37,047 nucleotides of DNA from an uncultured Bacilli bacterium. GTDB taxonomy: Bacteria; Bacillota_I; Bacilli_A; RF39; UBA660. Location: NCBI GenBank assembly GCA_944332155.1, contig CALVJM010000003.1, positions 1 to 37,047 on the forward strand, given 5' to 3'. The position numbers were made by a program, and so were the translations under genes. Positions 18,960 through 29,085 of the stretch are shown here, piece after piece. Every line of letters begins with the position of its first letter. Position 1 is the stretch's first letter. The notes under the pieces are model-generated. The model made no database searches. It was not told the origin of the DNA and saw nothing but the letters and a program-made list of their open reading frames with translations.

Positions 18960-19573
18960 AAAAGAAACGATGTATCTGGATTAATCTTGCATAGCAATCA
19001 AGAAATTCAGGATACATCTTATGAATACAAAGCAATTTGTGAATCTAATGGTATTACTATTTCTATGGCAAGAAAAGGTACACCAATAGATGACTTACTA
19101 ATTGAGAGATGGTACTCTCTTCTTAAAAAGGAAACTTTGTATAACAATCAAATCACATCTTTAGAAAATTACATAGAGTTAGTTAAAAAATGTATTGAAT
19201 TTTATAATACGACTGGAATTAAAGAAAAGAAAGTTAATAAAAAGAGAAGATTCAAGAAATTTGATAAGTAAAGATGAATTAATATATAAATTAAAAGTAA
19301 TAATAAAGTATTTAATGGATAACGGTGGATGCGATTATGAATTATATAATCATTTATATCCAGATATAGGAGAACCAGATTCAAACATTGTAGAATATGC
19401 AGAAGATGTTTTTAGATGATTAATTTATTAATTGATAACAAATAAGGATAACCTTTATTTGAATAAATATTATAATTATATAATAAAAATCAAGGCTCTA
19501 GATGAACTTACTTCGTTCGTCCTTGATTTTTAAACCCAGTTTTTATGATGTTTACCAAACGGGATTCACATCA
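18960..19573 (+). mobile_element. Degenerate IS3-family element (partial integrase core, small downstream ORF, putative right end)
   Basis: GLILHSNQEIQDTS (decayed LHSDQGxQYTS), ISMARKGTPIDD..IERWYSLLKKE, FYNT; putative IR TGTTTACCAAACGGGATTCACATCA at 19549-19573. Right boundary is inferred. Confidence 0.7.
19484..19532. terminator. Long hairpin; possible bidirectional terminator or IS subterminal structure
   Basis: 12-bp arms TAAAAATCAAGG / CCTTGATTTTTA with an inner stem. Confidence 0.55.
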
Positions 19574-19605
19574 ATTTTTCTAGGGGGTGTCAACACTCTG
19601 AGAAA

Positions 19606-20928
19606 CTACAAAGTTTCTATAACTTGATTAGTTTGTGTTTGGTCGGTAGCATCATTTGTTGTTTCATTAGGAGCTGCATTTTCATATGCCATGTTAGCAT
19701 TCATAATAGCTGCCTTTAAGTCAGAATTTTCTTCAACATGTTCATCATCATCCAATTCAATGATTTTTAATATCTCCTCAAAAGTAGTCAATCCTTTTAA
19801 TACTTTTTGAAGACCATCTTGTAGCATTGTTGTTACGTGAGATGTATAAACAAGGGCACGAAGTGCTTCTTTTTTAAGTCCATTACTAATCGCATCACGG
19901 ATATCTTGATTGATAAGTAAAACTTCATGAATAGCAATACGTCCTTTAAATCCATTTGAACATTCATCACAACCATCGACTGTAGGTAATTCAGTAATAT
20001 CTACCCCTAGAATAGCTTTAAATAATTTTTTCTCATAATCATTGGCAGGGCGCATACGCATACAATTTGGACAGATACGTCGAGCTAATTTTTGTGAAAC
20101 GATTCCCGTTAAAGAACTTGCTAATAAATATCGTTCTACATCCATGTCTAATAAACGTTCAATCGTAGTTAATGAGTTATTAGTATGTAGTGTAGATAAA
20201 ACTAAGTGCCCTGTAATAGAGGCACGAACAGCGATTTGTGCTGTTTCTGAGTCACGAATCTCTCCAATCATAATGATATTTGGGTCCTGACGTAGGATAG
20301 AACGTAAGGCACTCGCAAAGGTTAAACCAATCTCGCTATTAGTTTGAACTTGATTAATACCTTCAATACTCATTTCAATAGGGTCCTCAACAGTAATAAT
20401 ATTAGTTTCCTCTTTGTTTAAACGTTGTAACATAGAATAAACAGTCGTTGATTTACCACTACCAGTTGCTCCAGTGATTAAGATGATTCCATTTGGTACG
20501 GCAATCATTTTAAGTATTTTTTGATAATTAGGATCACTAAATCCAAGTGATTCAATACCTTCTAGACTTCGTTTATAATCTAAGATACGAATAACCATTT
20601 TTTCTCCCTCTAAAAGGGGTAGAACAGAAACACGAAGGTCTAGAGGCATACCATTAATGATTCCTTTGATTGCTCCATCTTGTGGTAATCTTGTTTCGGT
20701 AATATTCATACTAGCTAATATTTTTAAACGTGTAATTAAATTACGTTGAATATCTTTTGGAACTTCAGCATAATCTACTAAATCACCATCAATACGAATA
20801 CGTATTAACATAAAATCTTCATGTGGGTCAAAGTGAATATCACTCGCACCACGTTTAGCAGAGTCAGATAAAATATCATTTGCGATTTCTACCGGTGGTG
20901 TTCTCACAAAATCATATTTTTTAAGCAT
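19606..20928 (-). CDS. pilB: Type IV pilus extension ATPase PilB/GspE family
   Basis: ASDIHFDP, RLPQDG, Walker A GATGSGKS, TVEDPIE, LRQDPNIIMIGEIRD, TGHLVLSTLH, CxxC..CxxC, GRIAIHE. Start 20928 (or 20937). Confidence 0.93.
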   Translation of the reverse strand: MLKKYDFVRTPPVEIANDILSDSAKRGASDIHFDPHEDFMLIRIRIDGDLVDYAEVPKDIQRNLITRLKILASMNITETRLPQDGAIKGIINGMPLDLRVSVLPLLEGEKMVIRILDYKRSLEGIESLGFSDPNYQKILKMIAVPNGIILITGATGSGKSTTVYSMLQRLNKEETNIITVEDPIEMSIEGINQVQTNSEIGLTFASALRSILRQDPNIIMIGEIRDSETAQIAVRASITGHLVLSTLHTNNSLTTIERLLDMDVERYLLASSLTGIVSQKLARRICPNCMRMRPANDYEKKLFKAILGVDITELPTVDGCDECSNGFKGRIAIHEVLLINQDIRDAISNGLKKEALRALVYTSHVTTMLQDGLQKVLKGLTTFEEILKIIELDDDEHVEENSDLKAAIMNANMAYENAAPNETTNDATDQTQTNQVIETL

Positions 20929-21034
20929 AAATTTCATCCCCTTATTCTTTTATTGATTATTTATACTAGCTTTTATAACTATTTTATTATATAATATATT
21001 TAGAATAATTACAAGATAGGGGCGATGATTTTTT

Positions 21035-21598
21035 ATGAAAAAAAAGAATAATAAAGGATTTTTGTTGGTAGAAACCCTTATTGTTTCTACCTTTGCGGCT
21101 AGTACAATGATTTTTATCTTTATTCAGTTTCGCCGTATCACAGCCGAGTATGATCGCTCTTTTAGTTATAATACAGTTGAGGGTGTTTATGCGACGAACG
21201 AAATTAATAAATACATATTGCAAAATGGATTCGAAAGAATAGTAGAATATATGAGTGGACGTACTGTAGATGGTGTCACTTCTGATCCAATGCCATATGT
21301 TATTTTATATGATGGTAGTAATTGTTCTAATGTATATTTGTATGAGACCGATTATTGTAATCATTTAATGCAAGAGTTAAATGTAAAACAAGTATTAGTT
21401 ACGTATGCGGATTTAACTACTTATCATTTTCAAGAACAGATTGACGATTATGATGAATTTGATAATGATTTAAAACGTTTTATTAAGTATATCAAGTATG
21501 ATGAAGGAGATACTGAAGTTAATAAAAGACGAACGATTGTCATCTTTAATGATAATACTTATGCGACTTTAAAGTTATATCGAAAAGAGGGAATATAA
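21035..21598 (+). CDS. Type IV prepilin-like protein
   Basis: Class III signal peptide MKKKNNKG|FLLVETLIV with Glu at +5; two Cys in the globular part. Confidence 0.85.
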   Translation: MKKKNNKGFLLVETLIVSTFAASTMIFIFIQFRRITAEYDRSFSYNTVEGVYATNEINKYILQNGFERIVEYMSGRTVDGVTSDPMPYVILYDGSNCSNVYLYETDYCNHLMQELNVKQVLVTYADLTTYHFQEQIDDYDEFDNDLKRFIKYIKYDEGDTEVNKRRTIVIFNDNTYATLKLYRKEGI

Positions 21599-23211
21599 TG
21601 AATAAAAAGGGATTTACTGTTGTAGAATTAATTGTTTCGTTCGCTCTAGTAATGATTGTTGTCGTCATTCTAGTTCAGATTGTTACCATTGTAAAAACAC
21701 TATATTTAAACGCTGGAATTAAAACCGAATTACTACATAAACAAGCTATTATGAATCGTAAAATTAGTCAACGCTTTAATCAAAAAGATATTAAAGCTGC
21801 TGTACGATGCGGGGCTGGATGTCTAACTTTTATTTATGAAGATGATACATCATCAAATCTTCTTATTAATAAAGAAACAGGTTTTTTCTCATTTATTGAT
21901 AATGATAATGGAACCATTAACTATACCACTAAATTATTAACCGGAAGTACCTTTGGTGATATTGATATATCAAATGAAACTATTGTTGGTGTATCAGATG
22001 GAAAAGATAACTCCCTTTTAAAGATTAAAGTTCCAGTAAAACATACTTTAGTAGAGGGTGATTTTGGTATTAATCTTGTTTATCAATACGACTCTCGTAT
22101 TACCGCAATCGCCGATATTGTTTTTGATGATCAAGCTACAAATGAAGGAGGAACTATTATTTTAAAGGGTTCTTCAGATTTAACTTGGAATAAAAACTTA
22201 CCATTTACTGATCCTGGTTATTATGTCATTGATGAGAGAGGTAATATATGTACTCCCAGTGCCGTTGAATCGTGTGGCGTTGTTGTCACCGGAACTGTAG
22301 GTAATGAAGTAAATCAAACATATAATTTAACTTATACATTCAGTAAAGATGGAAGAGAGCTAGATCAAAAAGTAAGACGAGTGCTTATTATAGATGATTC
22401 TTATGTATATGATTATACTGGTGATCTTCAAATGTTTACAGCGCCACAAGATGGTGTTTATAAAGTAGAGTTATGGGGAGCTCAAGGAGGAACAACTAAT
22501 AGTAGTTATCCTGGAGGTAATGGATCTTATACTGTAGGTGAAATTAGTTTAACCAAAAACGAAAAATTGTTTGTATATGTTGGAGAACAACCTAAATCTA
22601 ATATCGGAGGATATAATGGTGGTGGAAATGCGGATGTAGGTTTTGCCGGAGGAGGCGGATCTACCGATGTTCGTCTAACAAGTGGAAACTGGAAAGATAC
22701 TACCAGTTTACGTAGTCGTATTATGGTCGCAGCCGCAGGAAGTGGAGGATATTACTATACTAAATATCCATATGCTGGAAGTCCTGGAGGAACAATTAAT
22801 GGTATTAGTAAAGCAGCCACTAGTACTTGTCAGCCTTTAGGTGGAACCCAAACAGCTGGCGGAACTTGTGATGACCATAGTGAAGTTAGTGGTGGCTTCG
22901 GTTTTGGTGGAAACGGTGATACCGGAGGCGGAAGTGGTTATTATGGTGGAGCTGGTCGATATAGTACAACCATTTCTGAAGCAGTTGGTGGAAGTGGTTC
23001 TAGTTTTATATCTGGTTATGAAGGATGTAATGCTGTTACTGAAAGTGGAACAGCTAGTGGAACACCTACACACTATTCAGGAAAAGTATTTACCAATAGT
23101 CAAATGATTGCAGGTAATAGTGGAATGCCCAATCCTCGTGGTTCTGGAACTATAACCGGAAATAGTGGTAATGGATATGCTAGAATTACATTGATTAGTG
23201 TTACGTCATAA
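21598..23211 (+). CDS. Large minor pilin-like protein with Ig-like (DUF5011-like) and C-terminal glycine-rich domain
   Basis: MNKKG|FTVVELIV; IILKG..FTDPGY..YNLTY..RRVLI; YKVELWGAQGG, GGGGSTDVR, RIMVAAAGSGG, GGSGSSFISG, GNGYARIT. Confidence 0.8.
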   Translation: MNKKGFTVVELIVSFALVMIVVVILVQIVTIVKTLYLNAGIKTELLHKQAIMNRKISQRFNQKDIKAAVRCGAGCLTFIYEDDTSSNLLINKETGFFSFIDNDNGTINYTTKLLTGSTFGDIDISNETIVGVSDGKDNSLLKIKVPVKHTLVEGDFGINLVYQYDSRITAIADIVFDDQATNEGGTIILKGSSDLTWNKNLPFTDPGYYVIDERGNICTPSAVESCGVVVTGTVGNEVNQTYNLTYTFSKDGRELDQKVRRVLIIDDSYVYDYTGDLQMFTAPQDGVYKVELWGAQGGTTNSSYPGGNGSYTVGEISLTKNEKLFVYVGEQPKSNIGGYNGGGNADVGFAGGGGSTDVRLTSGNWKDTTSLRSRIMVAAAGSGGYYYTKYPYAGSPGGTINGISKAATSTCQPLGGTQTAGGTCDDHSEVSGGFGFGGNGDTGGGSGYYGGAGRYSTTISEAVGGSGSSFISGYEGCNAVTESGTASGTPTHYSGKVFTNSQMIAGNSGMPNPRGSGTITGNSGNGYARITLISVTS

Positions 23212-24186
23212 TAAACTAATCCAGAAATCAAAACTAAAGAAAACTAAAATAGACGCAATAGCTGCATGTAATAAGCGAGCAGTAAAAAAAGGCAAGTATC
23301 TAATTTTAGTATCACTTAAAATACCAATCATTTGGACATGAACACTAAAACCACCAAAAGATAATATCATGGTAGATAAAGTTGCTTTAAATTTTAAAGG
23401 GATTTGTAACAAACTAATATATTTTAATCCTTGTGTCATTTCAAACATGCCATTCAAAATACTTTGATGGTAAGAATTTAAATGAATATTTTGATCAATA
23501 ATAGTTGTAACAATTAAGAAGAAGGTTACAACCCCTAATACCAATAATAATGTATCAATAGTGGATGTCAAAGAATTTGTAATAATTTGCCCAAATGACA
23601 AAGAATTATGAATTCTTTTTTCATGCATCGCTAATACAGCCTTTTTAAGACTAGCTTTCGTTCTAGATTCTTTACTAGGCACATAATTACGAACTAATAA
23701 ACCAATAATAAGATTAGTCAAATAATGACCAATTAGAATTAAAAGTCCGACTTCTTTATTATTAAGAAATAAAATAGATACTGTTCCTAAAATAAATAAA
23801 GGATTAGAAAAATGAGTAAACATTAATATTTTAGAGGCTTCGGCCTCATTTAATATTCCTTTTTGATATAGTTCTCGCGTGTATTTCGCATTACTAGGAA
23901 AACCTGATAATAAGCTCATAATTAAAATAAACGCACATTCTCCTTTACAACGAAATAGTACCTGCATTACTGGTTTCATAAGTTCACCAATAAATTCAAG
24001 AAAACCATATTGGATTAATAAACTTGATAGTACAAAAAAAGGAAATAGGGAGGGAAAGATGTTTTTCTGCCAAACACTTAATGAAAAAAGGACGGCATTT
24101 AGGATTTTTTCAGAATGAATTAAAAGTTGGCTTCCCATGAATAGAAGTAAAACGATAATACTAATACTTGTTAGAATTTTTTTCAT
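23206..24186 (-). CDS. ylbJ: Sporulation integral membrane protein YlbJ
   Basis: IFPSLFPFF, LLSGFPSNAK, SNPLFILGTV, FEMTQG, FGGFSVHVQ; divergent from ylbL as in Bacillus; AAGGAGG RBS before ATG 24186. Confidence 0.85.
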   Translation of the reverse strand: MKKILTSISIIVLLLFMGSQLLIHSEKILNAVLFSLSVWQKNIFPSLFPFFVLSSLLIQYGFLEFIGELMKPVMQVLFRCKGECAFILIMSLLSGFPSNAKYTRELYQKGILNEAEASKILMFTHFSNPLFILGTVSILFLNNKEVGLLILIGHYLTNLIIGLLVRNYVPSKESRTKASLKKAVLAMHEKRIHNSLSFGQIITNSLTSTIDTLLLVLGVVTFFLIVTTIIDQNIHLNSYHQSILNGMFEMTQGLKYISLLQIPLKFKATLSTMILSFGGFSVHVQMIGILSDTKIRYLPFFTARLLHAAIASILVFFSFDFWISLL

Positions 24187-24235
24187 AAAGCCTCCTTTTT
24201 TGTGATAGAATAGAAACATAGAAGGGTTGTGAATC

Positions 24236-25246
24236 ATGTCTAATAAAAGATATGCGAAAATAAAAGAATTCATTAGAAAAAATTATAAATTCATTCTTTT
24301 TATCGTAGCTTGTCAAATCTTCTTTCTGTTTCCTTTACCTTATGTGATTGATGCACCTGGTGGTTTATTACCAGTCTCTGATCGCGTTCAAGTGAAAGGT
24401 GGGACTTCTAGCCAAGGAAGTTTTAATTTAAGTTACGTAAAAGAATTAAAAGCTAATATAAGTACTTATTTAGTTTCACTAATCAATAAAGATTGGGATT
24501 TAATTAAACAAGAAGAAGTGAAATATGATCACGAAACAATGCAAGATGCTGAGATTCGTTCTAAATTATTATTGAAACAAGGTCAACAAAATGCGACGAT
24601 AGTAGCTTATACAAAAGCCTCTAAAGACATTAAAATTACACAAACTAACTTTTATGTTGGATATATTGATAGTTCTGTTCGATCAGAGTTAGAGGTAGGT
24701 GATGAATTAGTCAAAATCAATCATAAGAACGTGACAGAATATAATCAAATCACAAAAGTAGTTAGTGATGCCTCTATTGGTGATGTCATTACACTTACGA
24801 TAAAAAGAGAAAAAAAAGAATTAGATATTGAAATACCTGTTATTGAACTTGAAGGTGAAAAAAGATTAGGTATATTATTAATTCCTATTTATCAATTAGA
24901 CACAAAGCCTACTGTAAAATTTACTTATCATGATTCCGAATCTGGTTCCTCAGGAGGTTTAATGACCGCACTTGAAATATATGATAAGTTAATACCAGAA
25001 GATTTAACAAAAGGAAAAACAATCGTTGGAACTGGGACCATTGATGTAGACGGTACAGTTGGTGAAATCTCTGGTGTTCAATATAAATTAAAAGGGGCGG
25101 TTAAAGAAAAAGCAGATCTCTTCTTTGTTCCAGACGGTGAAAATTATGAAGAAGCACAAAAAGTAAAAAAAGAAAAGAATTATAAAATTACATTAGTGCC
25201 TGTTAAAACTTTTGATGATGCGATTGCTTATTTAAAAAACATGTAA
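24236..25246 (+). CDS. ylbL: YlbL/SepM family PDZ + Lon-like (S16) protease
   Basis: N-terminal TM, LPYVIDAPGG, PDZ (LEVGDEL), GSSGGLMTALEIY, GTGTIDVDGTVGEISGVQYK. Confidence 0.85.
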   Translation: MSNKRYAKIKEFIRKNYKFILFIVACQIFFLFPLPYVIDAPGGLLPVSDRVQVKGGTSSQGSFNLSYVKELKANISTYLVSLINKDWDLIKQEEVKYDHETMQDAEIRSKLLLKQGQQNATIVAYTKASKDIKITQTNFYVGYIDSSVRSELEVGDELVKINHKNVTEYNQITKVVSDASIGDVITLTIKREKKELDIEIPVIELEGEKRLGILLIPIYQLDTKPTVKFTYHDSESGSSGGLMTALEIYDKLIPEDLTKGKTIVGTGTIDVDGTVGEISGVQYKLKGAVKEKADLFFVPDGENYEEAQKVKKEKNYKITLVPVKTFDDAIAYLKNM

Positions 25247-25261
25247 TTAATATTTATTATG

Positions 25262-25295
25262 AAAAAACTTAAATTTTAATAGTTTAAGTTTTTTT
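25262..25295. terminator. Terminator-like hairpin after ylbL
   Basis: AAAAAACTTAAA...TTTAAGTTTTTT. Confidence 0.55.
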
Positions 25296-25339
25296 GCGCA
25301 AATAAGTGAAATCATGCATATACTTAAATAGGTGATACT

Positions 25340-25831
25340 ATGGAGGATTTAAAAAAAAGAAATCAAGACTTATACGCCTTAATTCAATTGCTTGCTACTT
25401 ATGGTCCATCTACCATGAATGAGAAAGAACTAATTGAAGTAACCAAAGCATTTCATCGTTGTCACAAAAGATTTCAGATTAAACCATCATTTCAAGCGGT
25501 AACGCATTTAATGTTTGGCGTAAGCAGTAGTGAAGCACTTCATGAGAGTTTAATGCGTGGTGATGGTGATATATTAAGTTTAATGAACACATCTACTTTA
25601 ATTGGTACCTCTTTTTTAGAAGGATATTTTCTAAAAAGTTATATAGAATATCGTAAATCTTTAAAAGAAGAACTGCAATGGATTCGTAAGTTTAAACAAA
25701 GCCGTATTCGTACGAGAGAAGCTTATGCAGAATTAAAACAACAATTACTAAAATATCAACAAGAATATGATGAAAATCTAAAAACATTAGAATCAGAGAA
25801 AGAAAAAAGTTTAAAATTAATTCACAAATAA
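25340..25831 (+). CDS. Hypothetical protein with C-terminal coiled coil
   Basis: 163-aa ORF with AGGTGA RBS; no family recognised. Confidence 0.75.
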   Translation: MEDLKKRNQDLYALIQLLATYGPSTMNEKELIEVTKAFHRCHKRFQIKPSFQAVTHLMFGVSSSEALHESLMRGDGDILSLMNTSTLIGTSFLEGYFLKSYIEYRKSLKEELQWIRKFKQSRIRTREAYAELKQQLLKYQQEYDENLKTLESEKEKSLKLIHK

Positions 25832-25937
25832 TACTTCATTTAATAGTCATAAAGAGTAAAAAACTGTTTACAAAAAGCATTTTATAACGTGACTTATTAT
25901 CTAATTTTTGTTAAAATATTTATAGGTGAGAAGTAAT

Positions 25938-28487
25938 ATGAACCGAAAAGATGTAGATATTAATAAAGTAACGCCAATGATGCGACAATATTTAGAGATT
26001 AAGAATAAAAACGAGGATATTATTCTCTTTTTCCGTTTAGGTGATTTTTACGAAATGTTTTTCGAAGATGCGATTAATGTTTCTCGTGAATTAGAATTAA
26101 CACTGACTGGGAAGAATGCCGGATTGGACGAAAGAATTCCAATGTGTGGAATACCGCATCATGCGGCCAATATATACATTGAAAAGTTAGTAGATCGTGG
26201 ATATAAAATTGGTATTTGTGAACAATTGGAAGATCCTCGAACAACCAAAGGAATTGTCAAACGTGATATTATTCAAGTCATCTCTAAAGGAACATTGATT
26301 GATAGTGATGCATTAAATGAGAAAGAAAACAATTATATTGGAAATATAGTTGATTTTAGTCACGCCTATGGTGTTAGCTATACGGATATTTCTACTGGTG
26401 AGATTACCGTTTTCCTAAGTGAACACAATATATCTAAAGTTGTGAGTGAGATTGTTAGTTTAGGGATCAAAGAAGTAATTATGACCTCAAAAGTTGATAA
26501 AAATATTTATAATATGCTGAAGAATCAGTTTAAACTAACTGTTTCGGTAAGCGATGAAATTGACAGTATTAAAGAATATGAATATATCTATTCAGATATT
26601 GGGGATGCACGTTATATTGAGACGATTAAACATTTATTAACTTATATTAATAATACGCAAAAAAGAAATTTATCACATTTTCAAAAAGCCATCATTCGTG
26701 AACAAAAAGCGTATTTAAAAATGGATGTTCATACCAAACGTAATTTGGAATTGACGGAAACATTACGTTTAAAACAACGTAACTATTCTTTAATTTGGTT
26801 ATTGGATAAAACCAAGACTGCTATGGGATCTCGTCGTTTAAAGAACTTTATCGAGAATCCACTTATTAATCCAGTGGAAATTAATAAACGATATGATATG
26901 GTAGAAACATTATTAAATGAATTCATCAAAAAAGAAGAACTACAAAATGATTTATTTGAAGTATATGATTTAGAGCGTTTGAGTGGGCGTATTGCCTTTG
27001 GAAATGCGAATGCAAGAGATTTAATTCAATTAAAAAACTCTTTAAAAGTTTTACCTCATATTAAAGAATTATTAGATAGTATTCATTTTTATAAAGAAAT
27101 CGAAACATTAGATGACTTGTATCAATTATTAGAAGAAAGTATATATGAAAATCCACCAATATCAGTAAAAGAAGGATATTTAATTAAAGAAGGATATAAT
27201 AGTGAGTTAGATGAATTAAAACGTCTACGTAAAGGTGGAAAAGAATTTGTTGCTCAATTTGAAGCTACCGAACGTGAAAAAACGGGAATTAAAAATTTAA
27301 AAGTAGGATATAATCGTGTGTTTGGATATTATATTGAAGTTTCTAAAGGACAAACAAGTTTGGTCAAAGAAGAATACGGATATGAACGTAAACAAACACT
27401 TAGTAATTGTGAACGTTATATAAGTCCAATTTTGAAAGAAAAAGAAGCTTTAATTTTAAATGCTGAGGAGCGAATTGTCGATTTAGAATATGAGTTATTT
27501 ACTGGTATTCGAGAACAAATTAAAGAATATATTCCAAGATTACAGGAAGTTGCTAAAGTAATTAGTGAGATTGACGTGTTACAGTCTTTCGCCACTGTTA
27601 CTGAAGAAAATAATTATGTGAGACCAACTATTGTTGAAGAACGCACATTAAAAATACTAGATGATCGTCATCCGGTTGTTGAAAAAGTTATTGATGGAGA
27701 GTTTGTACCTAATGATATTGTTATGGATCATAATACTAATATCTTATTAATTACAGGGCCTAATATGGCCGGTAAATCTACTTATATGAGACAAGTAGCT
27801 ATTACTGTTATTATGGCTCAAATGGGATGTTTTGTGCCTGCTAGAGAAGCAATACTACCAATATTTGATCACATCTTTACTCGTATTGGCGCAAGTGATG
27901 ATTTAGTAAGTGGTGAATCTACTTTCATGGTAGAAATGATGGAAGCTAATTATGCGATTAGTAATGCGACCGAAAAAAGTCTAATTTTATTTGATGAATT
28001 AGGTCGTGGAACTGCAACATTTGATGGTATGGCATTAGCCCAGTCTATTATCGAGTATATCCATAACAAGATAAAAGCTAAAACATTCTTTTCGACACAT
28101 TATCACGAACTAACTGATTTAGAAACAACCTTAACTGGTGTTAAGAATATTCATGTATCGGCTTTAGAAGAAAATGGAAATATTATCTTTTTACATAAAA
28201 TTAAAGAGGGTAGTGTTGATAAGAGTTATGGTATTCATGTTGCTAAATTAGCTAACATGCCAGATGCATTAATTAAACGTGCGAGTGAAATATTAGAAGT
28301 GTATGAAAATAAAGAATTTAAACGTGATATTAAAATTCAAGAAGCACTACCACTAGATGAACTTATGAATCAAGAATCATCTAAAATAGAAAAAGAGATA
28401 GAGCAAATAAATCCTCTTGAAATGACTCCTATGGATGCATTAAATAAACTGTTTGAATTAAAAGAAATGTTAAAAGATAAGCATTAA
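25938..28487 (+). CDS. mutS: DNA mismatch repair protein MutS
   Basis: TPMMRQY, FFRLGDFYEMF, TGPNMAGKSTY, ESTFMVEM, DELGRGT, STHYHEL, SYGIHVA. Confidence 0.98.
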   Translation: MNRKDVDINKVTPMMRQYLEIKNKNEDIILFFRLGDFYEMFFEDAINVSRELELTLTGKNAGLDERIPMCGIPHHAANIYIEKLVDRGYKIGICEQLEDPRTTKGIVKRDIIQVISKGTLIDSDALNEKENNYIGNIVDFSHAYGVSYTDISTGEITVFLSEHNISKVVSEIVSLGIKEVIMTSKVDKNIYNMLKNQFKLTVSVSDEIDSIKEYEYIYSDIGDARYIETIKHLLTYINNTQKRNLSHFQKAIIREQKAYLKMDVHTKRNLELTETLRLKQRNYSLIWLLDKTKTAMGSRRLKNFIENPLINPVEINKRYDMVETLLNEFIKKEELQNDLFEVYDLERLSGRIAFGNANARDLIQLKNSLKVLPHIKELLDSIHFYKEIETLDDLYQLLEESIYENPPISVKEGYLIKEGYNSELDELKRLRKGGKEFVAQFEATEREKTGIKNLKVGYNRVFGYYIEVSKGQTSLVKEEYGYERKQTLSNCERYISPILKEKEALILNAEERIVDLEYELFTGIREQIKEYIPRLQEVAKVISEIDVLQSFATVTEENNYVRPTIVEERTLKILDDRHPVVEKVIDGEFVPNDIVMDHNTNILLITGPNMAGKSTYMRQVAITVIMAQMGCFVPAREAILPIFDHIFTRIGASDDLVSGESTFMVEMMEANYAISNATEKSLILFDELGRGTATFDGMALAQSIIEYIHNKIKAKTFFSTHYHELTDLETTLTGVKNIHVSALEENGNIIFLHKIKEGSVDKSYGIHVAKLANMPDALIKRASEILEVYENKEFKRDIKIQEALPLDELMNQESSKIEKEIEQINPLEMTPMDALNKLFELKEMLKDKH

Positions 28488-28561
28488 AAATTATGTGAAA
28501 CACTTTTAAAAAGATTGATAAATATTGTAAAATGACTTATACTATAATAAGGAGGAACAAT

Positions 28562-28954
28562 ATGGAATTATTAAAAAGAAAAAATTGGTGGATATGGTTA
28601 ATTTTCTTTTTATTAGGAAATAGTTTAATCGGAATTATCTTATCTGCTTTATTAAATACATATCGTCGTGATGCATGGTATGCGAATGTTATTTATTGGG
28701 TGTTAGGAACCATATGCTGTTTTTTCCCACTTCCTATTATGTTTAGTGTTTTTGTAATCCAAAGTTTATGTATGGCGGCAGCTAAATTAGGAGTTCCTGG
28801 AGAAGAAATTTACAATGCACCTTATAGTTGGATTTTATGTCTTATTGTTCCAATTTTAGGATGGACTTTATTTATAATTATGCTTCTATATCTAAACATT
28901 TGGTGTATTATCAGCATTTATCAAGGTAAAGGAGAAAAATTTATAAAAGAATAG
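28562..28954 (+). CDS. Hypothetical membrane protein (3-4 TM segments)
   Basis: AAGGAGG RBS, hydrophobic segments, terminator-like hairpin at the stop. Confidence 0.8.
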   Translation: MELLKRKNWWIWLIFFLLGNSLIGIILSALLNTYRRDAWYANVIYWVLGTICCFFPLPIMFSVFVIQSLCMAAAKLGVPGEEIYNAPYSWILCLIVPILGWTLFIIMLLYLNIWCIISIYQGKGEKFIKE

Positions 28955-28980
28955 TGTAAACTATTTTTTTTATATTCTTG

Positions 28981-29009
28981 TTGACGAACACCTGTTCGTG
29001 TGATAAAAT
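28981..29009 (+). promoter_or_regulatory. SigA promoter overlapped by a LexA (SOS/Cheo) box
   Basis: TTGACG-N17-TAAAAT with TG extension; CGAACACCTGTTCG at 28985-28998 matches Firmicute GAAC-N4-GTTC. Confidence 0.8.
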
Positions 29010-29085
29010 ATAGTTGGACACTGATAGTAAAACAAATCTATTTCTTTTTTGATAAACTTTTGATATAATGAATTTAGGTGATTTT

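Noticed and set aside
22470-23200. Raised GC and GGN repeats as a second variable region or tandem repeat
   Set aside because: Explained by glycine codons; no NNC pattern and no exact repeat unit.
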